NCBI GenBank assembly: GCA_943704415.1
Contig: CALSCO010000787.1
Coordinates: 62,001 to 92,573 of the forward strand
DNA length: 30,573 nt
Reading direction: 5' to 3'
Source of the DNA: Parvularia atlantis
Lineage: Eukaryota
Shown here: positions 12,257 through 22,409 of the stretch, one piece after another
How the letters are laid out: the number at the start of each line of letters is the position of its first letter
Position numbering within the stretch: the first letter of the stretch is position 1
Program-made: the position numbers and the translations under genes
The notes under the pieces: generated by a model
The model's input: only the letters and a program-made list of their open reading frames with translations
What the model was told of the DNA's origin: nothing
The model's database searches: none

Positions 12257-14044
12257 ATGACGTCGGTGCGGCGCTCGTCGCGCGTCCGCCGCCCCACGGC
12301 CGCCGCCACCGCTGCCGCCGCTGCTGCTGCGGATGAGGACGCCAGCTCGGCCAGCGACGTCGATGCGGAGGATGCGGCCGCATCGCCGCCCTTGTCGTCG
12401 TCGTCGGCGGCGGCGGTGGTGCGGCGCCCGGCCAAGCGCGCGCGGACGAGCAAGGAGCCGGCGGCGGGACCGACAGTGTCGACGCGATCGGAGGGCGACG
12501 TGCTGCCGGACGAGCTGTGGGCGCTGATCCTGGTGCTGAGCGGCGAGCCGCTGTCGCAGCTGCGGCTTGTGGGCCGACAGTTCTACCGCGTCGTGATGGG
12601 CGTGCTGCGCCCGCTCGGCGCCACGTCGGCGCGCGCGAGCCCGGCGCTGTGCTTCAACTGTCTCGTCCACGGCGCGACGCCGATGGCCAAGGACGAGACG
12701 ATCCGCCTGTGCGCTGTGTGCCGCCTCCTGCCGCGGTACAGCGCCGGTACGCGCCTGACGTGCGCCGAGGGCGCGAGCGCGTTTGGCCTGACGAGCGAGT
12801 TCTTCAACACGCTCACGCCCGTCGCCAATCGCGTGCGCCGCTTGTTCCGCCGCGGCGCGTGCAGCCTCCAGCCGGTCTACAGCGCCGTCGACATCTACCG
12901 CCGCGCCGTCGTTGTGCTGGGGTCGATCGTGGTCGAGCGCCGGCTGATGGGCCGCGCGGGCACGTCGGCCGAGGCCGTACGCACGCAGGCCGCGGCGTTC
13001 AAGCGCGTCGCGGTGGTGTCGCGGACCAAGGCGAGCGTGGCGCAGCAGCGGGCAGCGCGCATGCGTGAGGCCAAGACGGCTCTGGCCGCGCACGGCATGC
13101 TCGTCAAGCATACGAACGATCACGCGAGCGACCGCGCGTTCTACCTGGCCTTTGTCGATGCCAAGGCCCCCGCGGGCACGACGGCGGCTGACGTGGTCGC
13201 GCGGCTGGTGCGCCGGCGCGACATGGCCACGCGGCTGACGCAGAAGGGCTTGGCCGACTACATACCCAAGCCGCACGAGGCGCCGTCGGCGACGGACTCG
13301 TACGCGCCCATGCACCGCCTGTGCGAGCGCTTCGTGGGTGGCGAGATCAGCACGGACGAGCTCGTGGCCGACCTGCGCGCGCACCAGGCGCGCCTGACCG
13401 AGGCCGACCGCTGGCGCATCGAGGCCGAGCGGCAGAGTGAGGAGCGTCGCCGGCAGCTCGTGCGCGCTCTCGCGCAGCACCACCTGCAGCTGCGCGCCGA
13501 CTCGGCCCTGTGTCAGCAGTACATCGACGGTACGACGCCGCGCTCGCTCACGGACGTGGTCAACGTGATGCGCGAGATGCACTGGTACTTTGGCAACACC
13601 AACTACTCGTCGATCCGCAGCGGCATGTTCTCGAGCGCCAAGTTGGCCCGGCTATCGCGCACCTACTACCACCGCTGCAACCGCTACGACCGCTACGACC
13701 ACCACGGCGACGACTCGTTCGGCGACGAGTTGAACGGGTACGACGAGGATGACTACGACGACTACAACGACTACGACGACCCGGTCGCGATCAGCGAGCA
13801 GGCCAAGACGAGCGCGCTGCACTCGTGGGCGAGCGAGCATGTGAACGCGGACCTGAGCGGCGTGCCCGAGACGCTGCACGCGGCCATCCGCGGCGTGTGG
13901 GCGCTGCACACCACGAAGGCCGACAAGGGCAAGCACAAGGGCAAGGCTGCGGCGGTCGAGGGCGGCGCGAGTGCCGCGTCTGCTGTGGCCACAGAGCCGG
14001 CGGCTGCTGTGGGAGGTGAGGCGATGGACGTGACCGTTGGTTGA
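12257..14044 (+). CDS. Uncharacterised intronless protein: F-box-like motif, C4 zinc finger/XPA-like segment, three helical repeats ending in an LRADSALC domain
   Basis: Long stop-free ORF with GC3-biased codons from ATG 12257; LPDELWALIL; CFNC-x16-CAVC; RRRQLVRALAQHHLQLRADSALCQQYIDG...MREMHWYFGNTNY; Asp/Tyr-rich tract. Confidence 0.75.
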   Translation: MTSVRRSSRVRRPTAAATAAAAAAADEDASSASDVDAEDAAASPPLSSSSAAAVVRRPAKRARTSKEPAAGPTVSTRSEGDVLPDELWALILVLSGEPLSQLRLVGRQFYRVVMGVLRPLGATSARASPALCFNCLVHGATPMAKDETIRLCAVCRLLPRYSAGTRLTCAEGASAFGLTSEFFNTLTPVANRVRRLFRRGACSLQPVYSAVDIYRRAVVVLGSIVVERRLMGRAGTSAEAVRTQAAAFKRVAVVSRTKASVAQQRAARMREAKTALAAHGMLVKHTNDHASDRAFYLAFVDAKAPAGTTAADVVARLVRRRDMATRLTQKGLADYIPKPHEAPSATDSYAPMHRLCERFVGGEISTDELVADLRAHQARLTEADRWRIEAERQSEERRRQLVRALAQHHLQLRADSALCQQYIDGTTPRSLTDVVNVMREMHWYFGNTNYSSIRSGMFSSAKLARLSRTYYHRCNRYDRYDHHGDDSFGDELNGYDEDDYDDYNDYDDPVAISEQAKTSALHSWASEHVNADLSGVPETLHAAIRGVWALHTTKADKGKHKGKAAAVEGGASAASAVATEPAAAVGGEAMDVTVG

Positions 14045-14057
14045 GGGGCCGGGCTAA

Positions 14058-14074
14058 GGGGGGGGGGGGGGGGG
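14058..14074 (+). repeat. G17 homopolymer between convergent genes
   Basis: 17 consecutive G directly visible. Confidence 0.95.
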
Positions 14075-14196
14075 TGCTTTTCTTGCTCGTCGCTGCCGCT
14101 GCTGTTTGTTATCTCCGATCGCTTTGTCTGTCCCGGGAAATGCCATTTCAACTGCGCAGACCACACAAACAGGCACGGCTCATGCACACGCGCGCT

Positions 14197-14893
14197 TCAG
14201 CAGACGTACTGACCGTCGGGCGTGCCCTCGAGCACGACCGTGTTGCCACAGTAGACCTGCAAGGGCCGCACGTCAGACACGCACACATAGTGCAGGCGAG
14301 CGGGGGAGCGCACGTTGACCGGCGTGCCCGTGCGGCAGATGGGGCGGTTCGTGTTGGCCTGCGCGGCGCGATGAGCGATCGTGACGCCACCCAGCGGCGC
14401 AGGCGACGCACCTCAAAAAACTCGACCTCGTACCTGCGCCGCAGCACGCCGTCAACCACACGCACACCGACACGGACACGCGGCCCGGACGCACCAGACA
14501 TACTCGCAGTCGAGGTAGCCCGTAACGCCGCGCTCGAGCGCGAGGGTCGAGTACAGCACGCCGGCGATGTTGGTGCGGATCGAGACGGTCTTGTCGCTCA
14601 GGTTGTACACCTTGATCTGGCCGCCCTTGGTCGGCGGGTGCGGCAGGATGCCTGCACGCCGCGCAATCAGCAGCAGCACGACCATCCAAGAACGTCGCGA
14701 TCACCGCACCGGGACGCTCGGCGGTGCCGGCACCGCTCACGCCTGCGCCCGTGCATCGATATCGTCAGCAGCGCACGATCGCAACGGGCCGCAGCGCACC
14801 CGCACGCTCCGGCAGCGCGGCGGCGCGCGCGAGGGCCGCGAAGAGCACGGCCGCGATGAGGACGACGAGCACCACGTGACGCATGGCAGCCAT
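14197..14893 (-). CDS. Small secreted protein (~135 aa, 4 Cys), 6 exons, unknown function
   Basis: Five GT-AG introns with branch motifs join in frame to MAAMRHVVLVVLIAAVLFAALARA-AALPERAGVSGAGTAERPGILPHPPTKGGQIKVYNLSDKTVSIRTNIAGVLYSTLALERGVTGYLDCEYVWYEVEFFEANTNRPICRTGTPVNVYCGNTVVLEGTPDGQYVC*. Confidence 0.75.
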
Positions 14894-14945
14894 GACTGTC
14901 GCGTGGCTGGAAGGCGTCGGATGTCGGCTTTCGACGACGATAGCG

Positions 14946-16459
14946 ATGCGCGGGATGAAGGTCCTTGCGGGCACGAGCCACGTCGACCTCGCCGGTGCCT
15001 GCTGCTCGCCGCGCGCCTGGTGCTTGCTGATGCGCACGTGCGCCGCACCAGCCAAGATGGCGCGCTGGCTCAACGTGGGGCTGACGCCGTGCACCGTCAA
15101 CAAGTTTTCAAACAACGAGACGAACGTGGTCGTGGACGAGTCGATCCGCGAGAACGACGTCTTCGTGGTGCAGACGGGCGGCGCGCAGACCAACGACCGC
15201 GTCATGGAGCTCGTCGTCATGCTCAGCGCGTGCAAGCTGTGCGTCGCCCTCTCGATCGGCTCCCCTCGCGCTCACGCTCACGCCCCCTTGTCGAAGCGCC
15301 TCGGCCAAGCGCGTCACGGCCATCATCCCGCTCTACTTCTACTCGAAGCAGAGCAAGCGCAAGAGCCGCAGCGCGATCACGGGCAAGCTCGTGGCCAACA
15401 TGCTCAAGGTCGCCGGTGCGTGAGTCGCCTTGTGCCTTGCTCGCCGTGCCTGCGCTCAACGTACACATCTACAAGGCGTCGACCACATCATCACGATGGA
15501 TCTGCACGCGTCGCAGATGCAGGGCTTCTTCTCCGTTCCCGTCGACAACCTCTTCGCCGAGCCCTCGCTCGCGGCCTACATCAAGCACAACATCACCGAC
15601 TACGAAGACGGCGTCGTCGTGGCCAAGAACCCCGGCGGGATGAAGCGGTGCGCGTCGCCGTCGTCCCGCGCCCAGCAGCGCAGACGCTGAGACACGCGCC
15701 CGCAGCGTGACGTCGCTGGCCGACCGGCTGTGCATCAACTTTGCCATGATCTTCTCCGAGAAGCCGCCCAAGAGCGCCGAGCACAACGACGACGCGCTCG
15801 TGTGCGCCGCCAGCCTCGACCTGCTCAGCAACCACACCTACCAGGACGACACGATCACGATGCTCGACGGGCCCTCGTCGTCCTCGCCGCACATGAACGG
15901 CGTGTCGCTGATCGGTGCGCGGCCGCACACAGCCGTGCCCCGCCGCCTTGCTGACACTCGCGCAGAGACGCAGCCGCGCAAGAAAGAGAAGCACCAGCGC
16001 GTGGTGGGCGAGGTCAGCGGTCGCGTGTGCTTCCTCGCGGTGCGCTGCCGCCGCCCTTGCCGCTCGCGCTTCGGCCTGACGTGCGCACGCGGCAGGACGA
16101 CATGATCGACGGCGTCAAGTCGTACTGCGCCGCGGCCAAGACACTCATGGACAGCGGCGCCAAGCGCGTCTACATTGTCGCGACGCACGGCGTGTTTGCG
16201 GACGACGGCCTGCAGAGGATCAACGACGACCCCAACGTCCACGAGGCGCGCCGCATCATACCACACCCGCCGCAACGCCCGCCGGCTGACGCGGACGGCC
16301 GCACGCCAGGTCATCGTCACCAACACGGTCTCGCTCAAGGGCCGCACGCCGCTCGACAAGATCCGCGTGATCGACATCAGCTCGGTCTTCGCCGAGGCCA
16401 TCCGGCGCACGCACAACGGCGAGACGCTCTCGTTCCTGATCAGCCACAACAACGCGTGA
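14946..16459 (+). CDS. PRS1: Ribose-phosphate pyrophosphokinase family, fungal Prs1/PRPSAP-type subunit with an internal insertion
   Basis: [54 protein letters not shown], ~60 aa non-homologous insert, [31 protein letters not shown]. Confidence 0.88.
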
Positions 16460-16493
16460 CGCTCTATGTCTTTGTCTGTACACATCGCGTCGC

Positions 16494-16762
<269 letters not shown>

Positions 16763-16928
16763 CGCTCTCCCCGCGGACGTGTGTGCGAGCCGGCCGAGGC
16801 TGCTGCAGCGCCGCGAGTGTGGCGTGAGCCGGGCGCGCCGGACGACAGCGCGATCCACGGTGACAGGCGGCGCGCACGTGACCCTCGCCGCCATCGAATG
16901 CGCGCAAGCACCGTGCCGTGCACAGCAT

Positions 16929-17759
16929 TTACTGCTTCACTTCGAGCGCCGGGATGCGGTCCATGATCGTCTGCAGCTCGGCCTCGGGGTAGACGTTGCC
17001 CACGCCGCCGCAGACCTGCTCGAGCAGCGCGCGGTCGAACTTGCCGATGCCCACGCCGATGATCGCGGCCTTCTGCTCGGCGACGCGTGTGAGACAGTCG
17101 ATCGCGTGCAGGAAGCAGCGCACTGTGCCGTCGCGCAACGCCTGCGCCGCCGCCACAGCCGCCGCCGGCTGGTCCGCCGCGCCACCCGCGAGCAGGAAGA
17201 CGAGCTTGTTGGCCTCGGCGCGGCCGCCCTCGGCAAACATGCCCTTGGCGTGCTCGAGCGCCGACGCCAGCCGCGACGCGCCCTTCATCTGCTTGAGCTC
17301 TGCGCGTCACCGTGAGGCCGCCAGCGATCGCGCAGGCGGTGCAGGCGCACGCTTGTGCTTGGTCTGGTGCTCGAAGCGGTCGGACGTGAGCGGGCACGCC
17401 ACGGCGACCTCGTCCGCGTACTGCGCGAAGGCGATCTGCGCGTCGTCCTCGAACATCATCATCAGCACGTTGCCCGCCTCCTTGGCCGCGCGGTACTCGG
17501 CCTCGTTCAGCGCCGACGACGCGTCGTACAGCTGCGATGCGCGACGTGAACGACGCCCGTGCACGCGAGGAGGGGCGCGCGCGCAGGCGCGCACCAGCAG
17601 CACGTCCATCGGCACGACCACGCGCTTGGCCAGCGCGGGCGCCGCGCCCTTTGCGCCGATCTTGCCGCCGCCGCCAAACGCCGCGCTCGCCGCCTTGAAC
17701 GCCTGCCGCGCGCGGGTGAGCGTCACGCGGGTGCCACACGCGGCGCGCGAACGGACCAT
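16929..17759 (-). CDS. Single von Willebrand factor A domain protein with degenerate MIDAS
   Basis: MDVLL(V)-LYDASSAL, QIAFAQYADEV, SRLASALEHAKGMF, KLVFLLAGG, IIGVGIGKFDRALLEQV follow the vWA beta/alpha order; 5' end uncertain. Confidence 0.75.
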
Positions 17760-17980
17760 CGGAGCACGCGCGCGACTGGGGGGGGGGCAGGGGGTCCTGG
17801 GGAGCGCCGCGCTGCGAGGTGCGCGGGCAGGCCGTCAGTCGCACAGGTCGCGCAGAGCGATCGCAATCTCCCGTAGGTGGTCCGGGCCCCCCTCGTGCTC
17901 CCTCCTCATCCGATTCGCCGCTCCGTGCACCCCGATGCGCGCGTCCCATGCCACGACGAGCACCGCACATCAGCCACGGC

Positions 17981-18027
17981 GCAGGCACGCAGGCACGCAG
18001 GCACGCAGGCACGCAGGCACGCAGGCA
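17981..18027 (+). repeat. Tandem octamer (GCAGGCAC) x5 plus a partial copy in the divergent vWA/NSE3 intergenic region
   Basis: Direct reading. Confidence 0.95.
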
Positions 18028-18098
18028 GGCAGCACGCAGCACACTCCACAGCACGCATAGCAACGCGGCTGTTTCCGATCAAGGTTTCACTTCGAACA

Positions 18099-19319
18099 AT
18101 GGTGACGGCGGCGCTGCATTGTGGCGCCGCCTCTGCTCAACGCGCCGCGCGCGCGCCACAGTCGCAGCACCGCGGACGCCGTGGTGCGGCGGCGGCGAGC
18201 CAGGTGGTCGATGAGCCCGTGGCGGACGATTACGATGTGCCGGTGGCGGCGGCGGACGATGACGACGAGGCGGCACCGGCGAGCGCGATGTCGCCCGAGG
18301 TGCGGCGCGGAGGATGCGCGCGATGCGGTGGCCGATGCGGCGCGCGGCGGCACGGCGCGCAGGAGATGCAGCAGAAAGTCAAGGGGCTCGTGCGCCTCGC
18401 GCTGTTCAGCGAGCGGCAGGCGGCGACGATCAAGCGCGACGACATCGCCAAGAAGGGTGCGATGGCGCGCGCGCGTCGCTGCGGCGCTCACGGCGGACGC
18501 AGTGCTCAAGGAGCACTCGCGCTCGTTCGCCGCCGTCTTTGCGCGCGCCAACCAGGAGCTGCGCGAGGTCTTCGGCTTTGAGATGGTCCCTGTCGACGCT
18601 CGCGAGCGCGCGCAGGCTGCGCCCGGCCGCCGCCGCGCCGCCAGCACGGCATCCGCGCGCCAGTTCATCCTGCGCAACACGATCAAGCCGCCCACGGCAG
18701 AGTTCATCAACTGGGGCCCGCGGCTGAAGGAGATTGGCCTGCTGCAGAGCGTGCTGGCGATGATCCTGCTGAGCGAGCGGCGCACGATGTCGGCCGGTGC
18801 GCCTGGCGCGCCGCGTGGGACAGCCCTGTTGCTGAGCGTGCGCAGAGCGGCTGTGGGCGCTGCTCGACTCGCTCAACGTGCCGCGCGTGACCAACCACGC
18901 CGTCTTTGGCGACAGCGAGAAGCTGTTGGCCAAGTTTGTGAAGGAGGGGTGCGTGCGCCGTGTGCGTGCTCGCGCAGCAGGACCGTGCTCACGCGCGGCC
19001 GCAGCTACCTAAACCGCCTGCGCACTGAGACGCAGGGCGACGACCCGTTCGAGTACCGCTGGGGCCCGCGCGCGACGGCGCTGTTCCCGATCGACGACAT
19101 GCTCGCATTCGTGGCCCAGGTGTGCTCGTCTCACAGCCAGTCTACGCGCGCGCTCACGGCGGCTGCGCGCAGACGCACGGCAAGGAGGACGATAACGAGT
19201 TCAAGGACAGCCTGTTCCAGGTGCTCAAGGCGTCCGAGGAGCAGGCCGCGTCCGAGGAGCAGGCCGAGGGCGGGGCGATGGACGCGACGCAGGCAACGCA
19301 GGCAACGCAGGCGCGATGA
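18099..19319 (+). CDS. NSE3: MAGE-domain Smc5/6 subunit Nse3, multi-exon
   Basis: LVRLALFSE..IKRDDIAKKVL, FARANQELREVFGFEMV, FILRN, GLLQSVLAMILL, HAVFGDSEKLL.KFVKEGYL, EYRWGPRA. Confidence 0.9.
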
Positions 19320-19325
19320 TTGGCT

Positions 19326-19344
19326 TCTCTCTCTCTCTCTCTCT
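19326..19344 (+). repeat. (CT)n microsatellite between convergent NSE3 and SYF2
   Basis: Direct reading. Confidence 0.9.
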
Positions 19345-19380
19345 GTCTGTTTGTGTGTACACGGACGCGGCTGCGGCGGT

Positions 19381-20335
19381 TCACAGTGCTGTCCTGCAGC
19401 GGGCCGTGAGCACGCGGCGCGCATCGACAGCGGCGGCGGGACGCACCCGCGCTCGAGGTTGTCCTTGATGTCCTGCGTGTACGGGTCGAACGCCTTCGAC
19501 ACCTTCTCGTTGAACCGGCGGTTGCGGTCGTTGATAAAGTCGACGTCGGCGTTCGGGTCGACCTTGCGGATCTTGCGCGCCTTGAGCCGCGCCTGCTCCC
19601 TGCGCGCGCCCCGGGTGAGCAGAGCAAGGGCGTGATTGCGGCGGCGCACTGCTTCTTGAGGTCCTCCACGAGCGCGTCGACGCGCTGCGGGTCGACCTTG
19701 TCGTACATGCCGTGCGTGAGCGAGTTGACGTCGCGGTAAAAGTCGTCGCCCTGCGCGTTCGTCGCATCGGCGCGTGAGCAATCGGCATCGCAGAACGGCG
19801 ACGTCAGGCGTCGGACCAGCTCCATCTTCTGCTCGGCGTAGTGCGCGAGGTCCGGCTTGAGCGCGTCCGTGAGGCGTTTGAACTTGCGCAGCGCCACGTC
19901 CTCAAAGTCTGCGCCCGGCACACGCGCGTCACGCAACCCGCGTCTCGCAACGGGCACGTCTGGCGCGGCGCACTGGCGAAGCCGACGACCTCGCGGCGCT
20001 TGGCCTTCTCCTTCTGCTTGGCCTCCCACTGCGCCTGCTCGATGTTCTTGTCCATGGCCTTGACGCGACGGTAGTCGAGCCCGGCCTCCTCCGCCTGCTC
20101 CTGCTCCTCCAGCTCGCGCGCCTCGGCCATCTTGCGCGCGTCGCGCCGCACGTCGCGCGGGTTCTCGCTCTTGCGCCGGTCCTCCTCCTTCGTGTCCTCG
20201 TAGTTGCTCGCCGCGGCCTCGGCCTGGTGCGCAGCCGCCCGCGCGTCACGTGCGCATAGGGAGGCGACAGCGCCGCACCCGCCGCGTCTTGAGCGCCTCG
20301 AGCCGCGCGCGCGCCGCCTCAGCCTTGCTGGCCAT
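19381..20335 (-). CDS. SYF2: Pre-mRNA splicing factor SYF2, multi-exon
   Basis: GLDYRRVKAM, DFEDVALRKFKRLT..LKPDL, FYRDVNSL, VDALVEDLKKQ, DVDFINDRNRRFNEKV...YTQDIKDNLERG|TAL*. Confidence 0.95.
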
Positions 20336-20492
20336 TCGCGCTCGCAATGTGGTCAGCCGGTCACGCCGGGTGGTCAGCGTCTGTGTAAGCAAATATAAAC
20401 AATTGATTGGCGCGCGTGGCCCGTACACAGGCAAACCGCGCGCCTCCAAAGCGCGCGAGCCGCACGGGCCGCCGCCGCTGCCGCCGCTGCTC

Positions 20493-21840
20493 TCAGGCGC
20501 CGACGCAGCACTGGATGTTGGACGCGCCTGTGCGGGAAACGCAGCGGGTCAGATGCGATCGCGCACGTGCACAATGCAAGTCGCACCGGGGCAGAGACCC
20601 GCGTGCGCCGTGCCACCAAAGATGCCGCACGACGTCGTGTCCATGCAGTTGCCGGACGTGCCGCTGTAGGTGCACTTGGGGCGGACGCAGCACTGTGCAC
20701 ACGCGATCGCTGTTGTGAGCGTGGGCGCACCGGCGGGCGTCGTCCCACACGCGCGTGGCACCTGGATGTTGCTCGCCCCCGGGCAGAAGCCAGGGTAGCT
20801 CGTGCCCTGGTCAGCCGTGCACGCGGTCGTCGTGATACAGATGCCCGTCTTGGTGCCGGTGCTGCAGGGCACCTCGGTGCAGCACTGCACGTTGCTCGGG
20901 CCTGCGCCCCGCGAACGATCAGCCACAACCCACATACCAACTGAAGCGCGCAGCGAGCGCACCCGGGCAGAGGCCGGCCGTGCTCTTGCCGTTGACGCCC
21001 GCGCACGTCGTCGTGTCCTGGCACGTGCCCGTCTGGCCGCTGGCCGTGCACGCCGTGCCGATGCCGTTGTTGGTCGACCAGATGCTCGACGCGTCCGCGA
21101 ACCAGTTGAGGTCGACCGAGAGGCCGCACGGCGAGCTCGAGCCCGAGTACTGCTTCATGTTGGGCGTGCTCCAGCCGCCAAAGGCCTGCGTCCGCCGCGA
21201 TTGATGAGCGGGGAGTTTTCCCGCGCGCTCACGCCGCGCTCCCAGCCAAGGCGGTGCGCACCGAGTAGCTCGCGAAGCTCTTGGCGCCGTCGTACTGCGC
21301 ATACCACACGGGCAGGCCCGCGCCGCCAGTGGCCTGGTACGTGGCCGAGCCGAAGATGCGGACCCAGTTGTTGTAGTTGGAGTAGACGCCGCAGCGGACG
21401 TGGTTGGCCGTGCAGGCCGCGAGCAGGTTGGCGTAGAAGTTCTTGTTGGTCGTAAACGACGTGCTCCAGTACTGCCCGACCGAGTCCTCCTCCACGTCGA
21501 GCCAGACGATGCCAAAGCTGAGGCCGTTGAGGTTGCTGACCATCGCGCTAAACTGCGCCGAGGCCGAGGCCGTGCACAGCGGGCACGGGAACATGTACAC
21601 GTCGACGTGGGCGAGGCCGGCCGTCTGCGCGTTCGTGATGGCCTGGCGCACGTTGGGGTCGACCGTGCCCGTGCTGCGGAATGCGCGAAAGACGAAGGAC
21701 GTGTAGCCTGCGTTGACCATGCACTGCAGCGCGCTCACGCTCGGCAGCGCCGACATGTCGAAGCCGTCGCCGGCCTGCGCCGCGGCGTGGCCGGCGAGGA
21801 GGGCAAGGAGGGTGAGGGCGACGGGCGCGGCGGCGTGCAT
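20493..21840 (-). CDS. Secreted GH25-like (protist-type) lysozyme with three C-terminal Cys-rich repeats
   Basis: Signal peptide; GFDMS, FRAFRSTGTVDPN, DVYMFPC, VWLDVE (DxE), GVYSNYNNW, LPVWYAQYD, FGGWSTPNMKQY, VDLNW; then 3x C..G..G.C..TT.C....G....G.CPG.SN(V/I)QCC. Confidence 0.9.
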
Positions 21841-21903
21841 CCTGCCAGAGTGTGAGCACAGCCGAACGGCAAACGGGGCGCGCATGCGAACGAGCATAGC
21901 GAG

Positions 21904-21957
21904 GCGGGCAAGCGGGCAAGCGGGCAAGCGGGCAAGCGGGCACGTGGGCAAGCGGGC
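21904..21957 (+). repeat. Tandem octamer (GCGGGCAA) about x6.7 in the divergent lysozyme/7-TM intergenic region
   Basis: Four perfect copies plus three variant or partial copies. Confidence 0.95.
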
Positions 21958-22409
21958 TGGGGGGCACGGCACGACGCGCGCGGCACCCGATAAGCGCGGC
22001 GCACGAGGCGCGCGCGGCGCACGAGGCGCAGTGAAAAAAACAACGGCTGAGACAGCGCGTTTCACCGGGGCCGCTCATTACGCGCTCCGTCTCTCGCACA
22101 CCCAGCGCGGCCCCACCCCCGCGCAGCGGTGCGCCGGGGGGTGCGGCGAGCGCGGTGGGGCGCGGGTTACGAGCGGGGAAGCGGCTGACACGGAAATAGC
22201 CCACCGGGGTGGCGCGATATCGGCCGTGCGACGCGCCGTGCGAGTGCCCACTCCGCGGCCATCACCGTCGCGTGGCTAGGTTTGCGTGCATTCCAGCGTC
22301 TCGCCCTTCTCCGCGTCCGCCCCTCGCCTTTCCCCCGTCGCCGAGCACGCCGCCGCCGTTCACCCGAGCAGCAGCGACTCGCGCGCCGCGAGTCTCACCG
22401 CACCAGGCC

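Noticed and set aside
11798..13582. 594-aa minus-strand ORF and the many other long Arg/Ala-rich ORFs in the track
   Set aside because: Antisense or off-frame shadows of real genes; stops are rare at this GC content and the translations lack motifs
14058..14074. G17 run as a functional G-quadruplex or terminator
   Set aside because: A single homopolymer with no supporting context; its length is also prone to sequencing error
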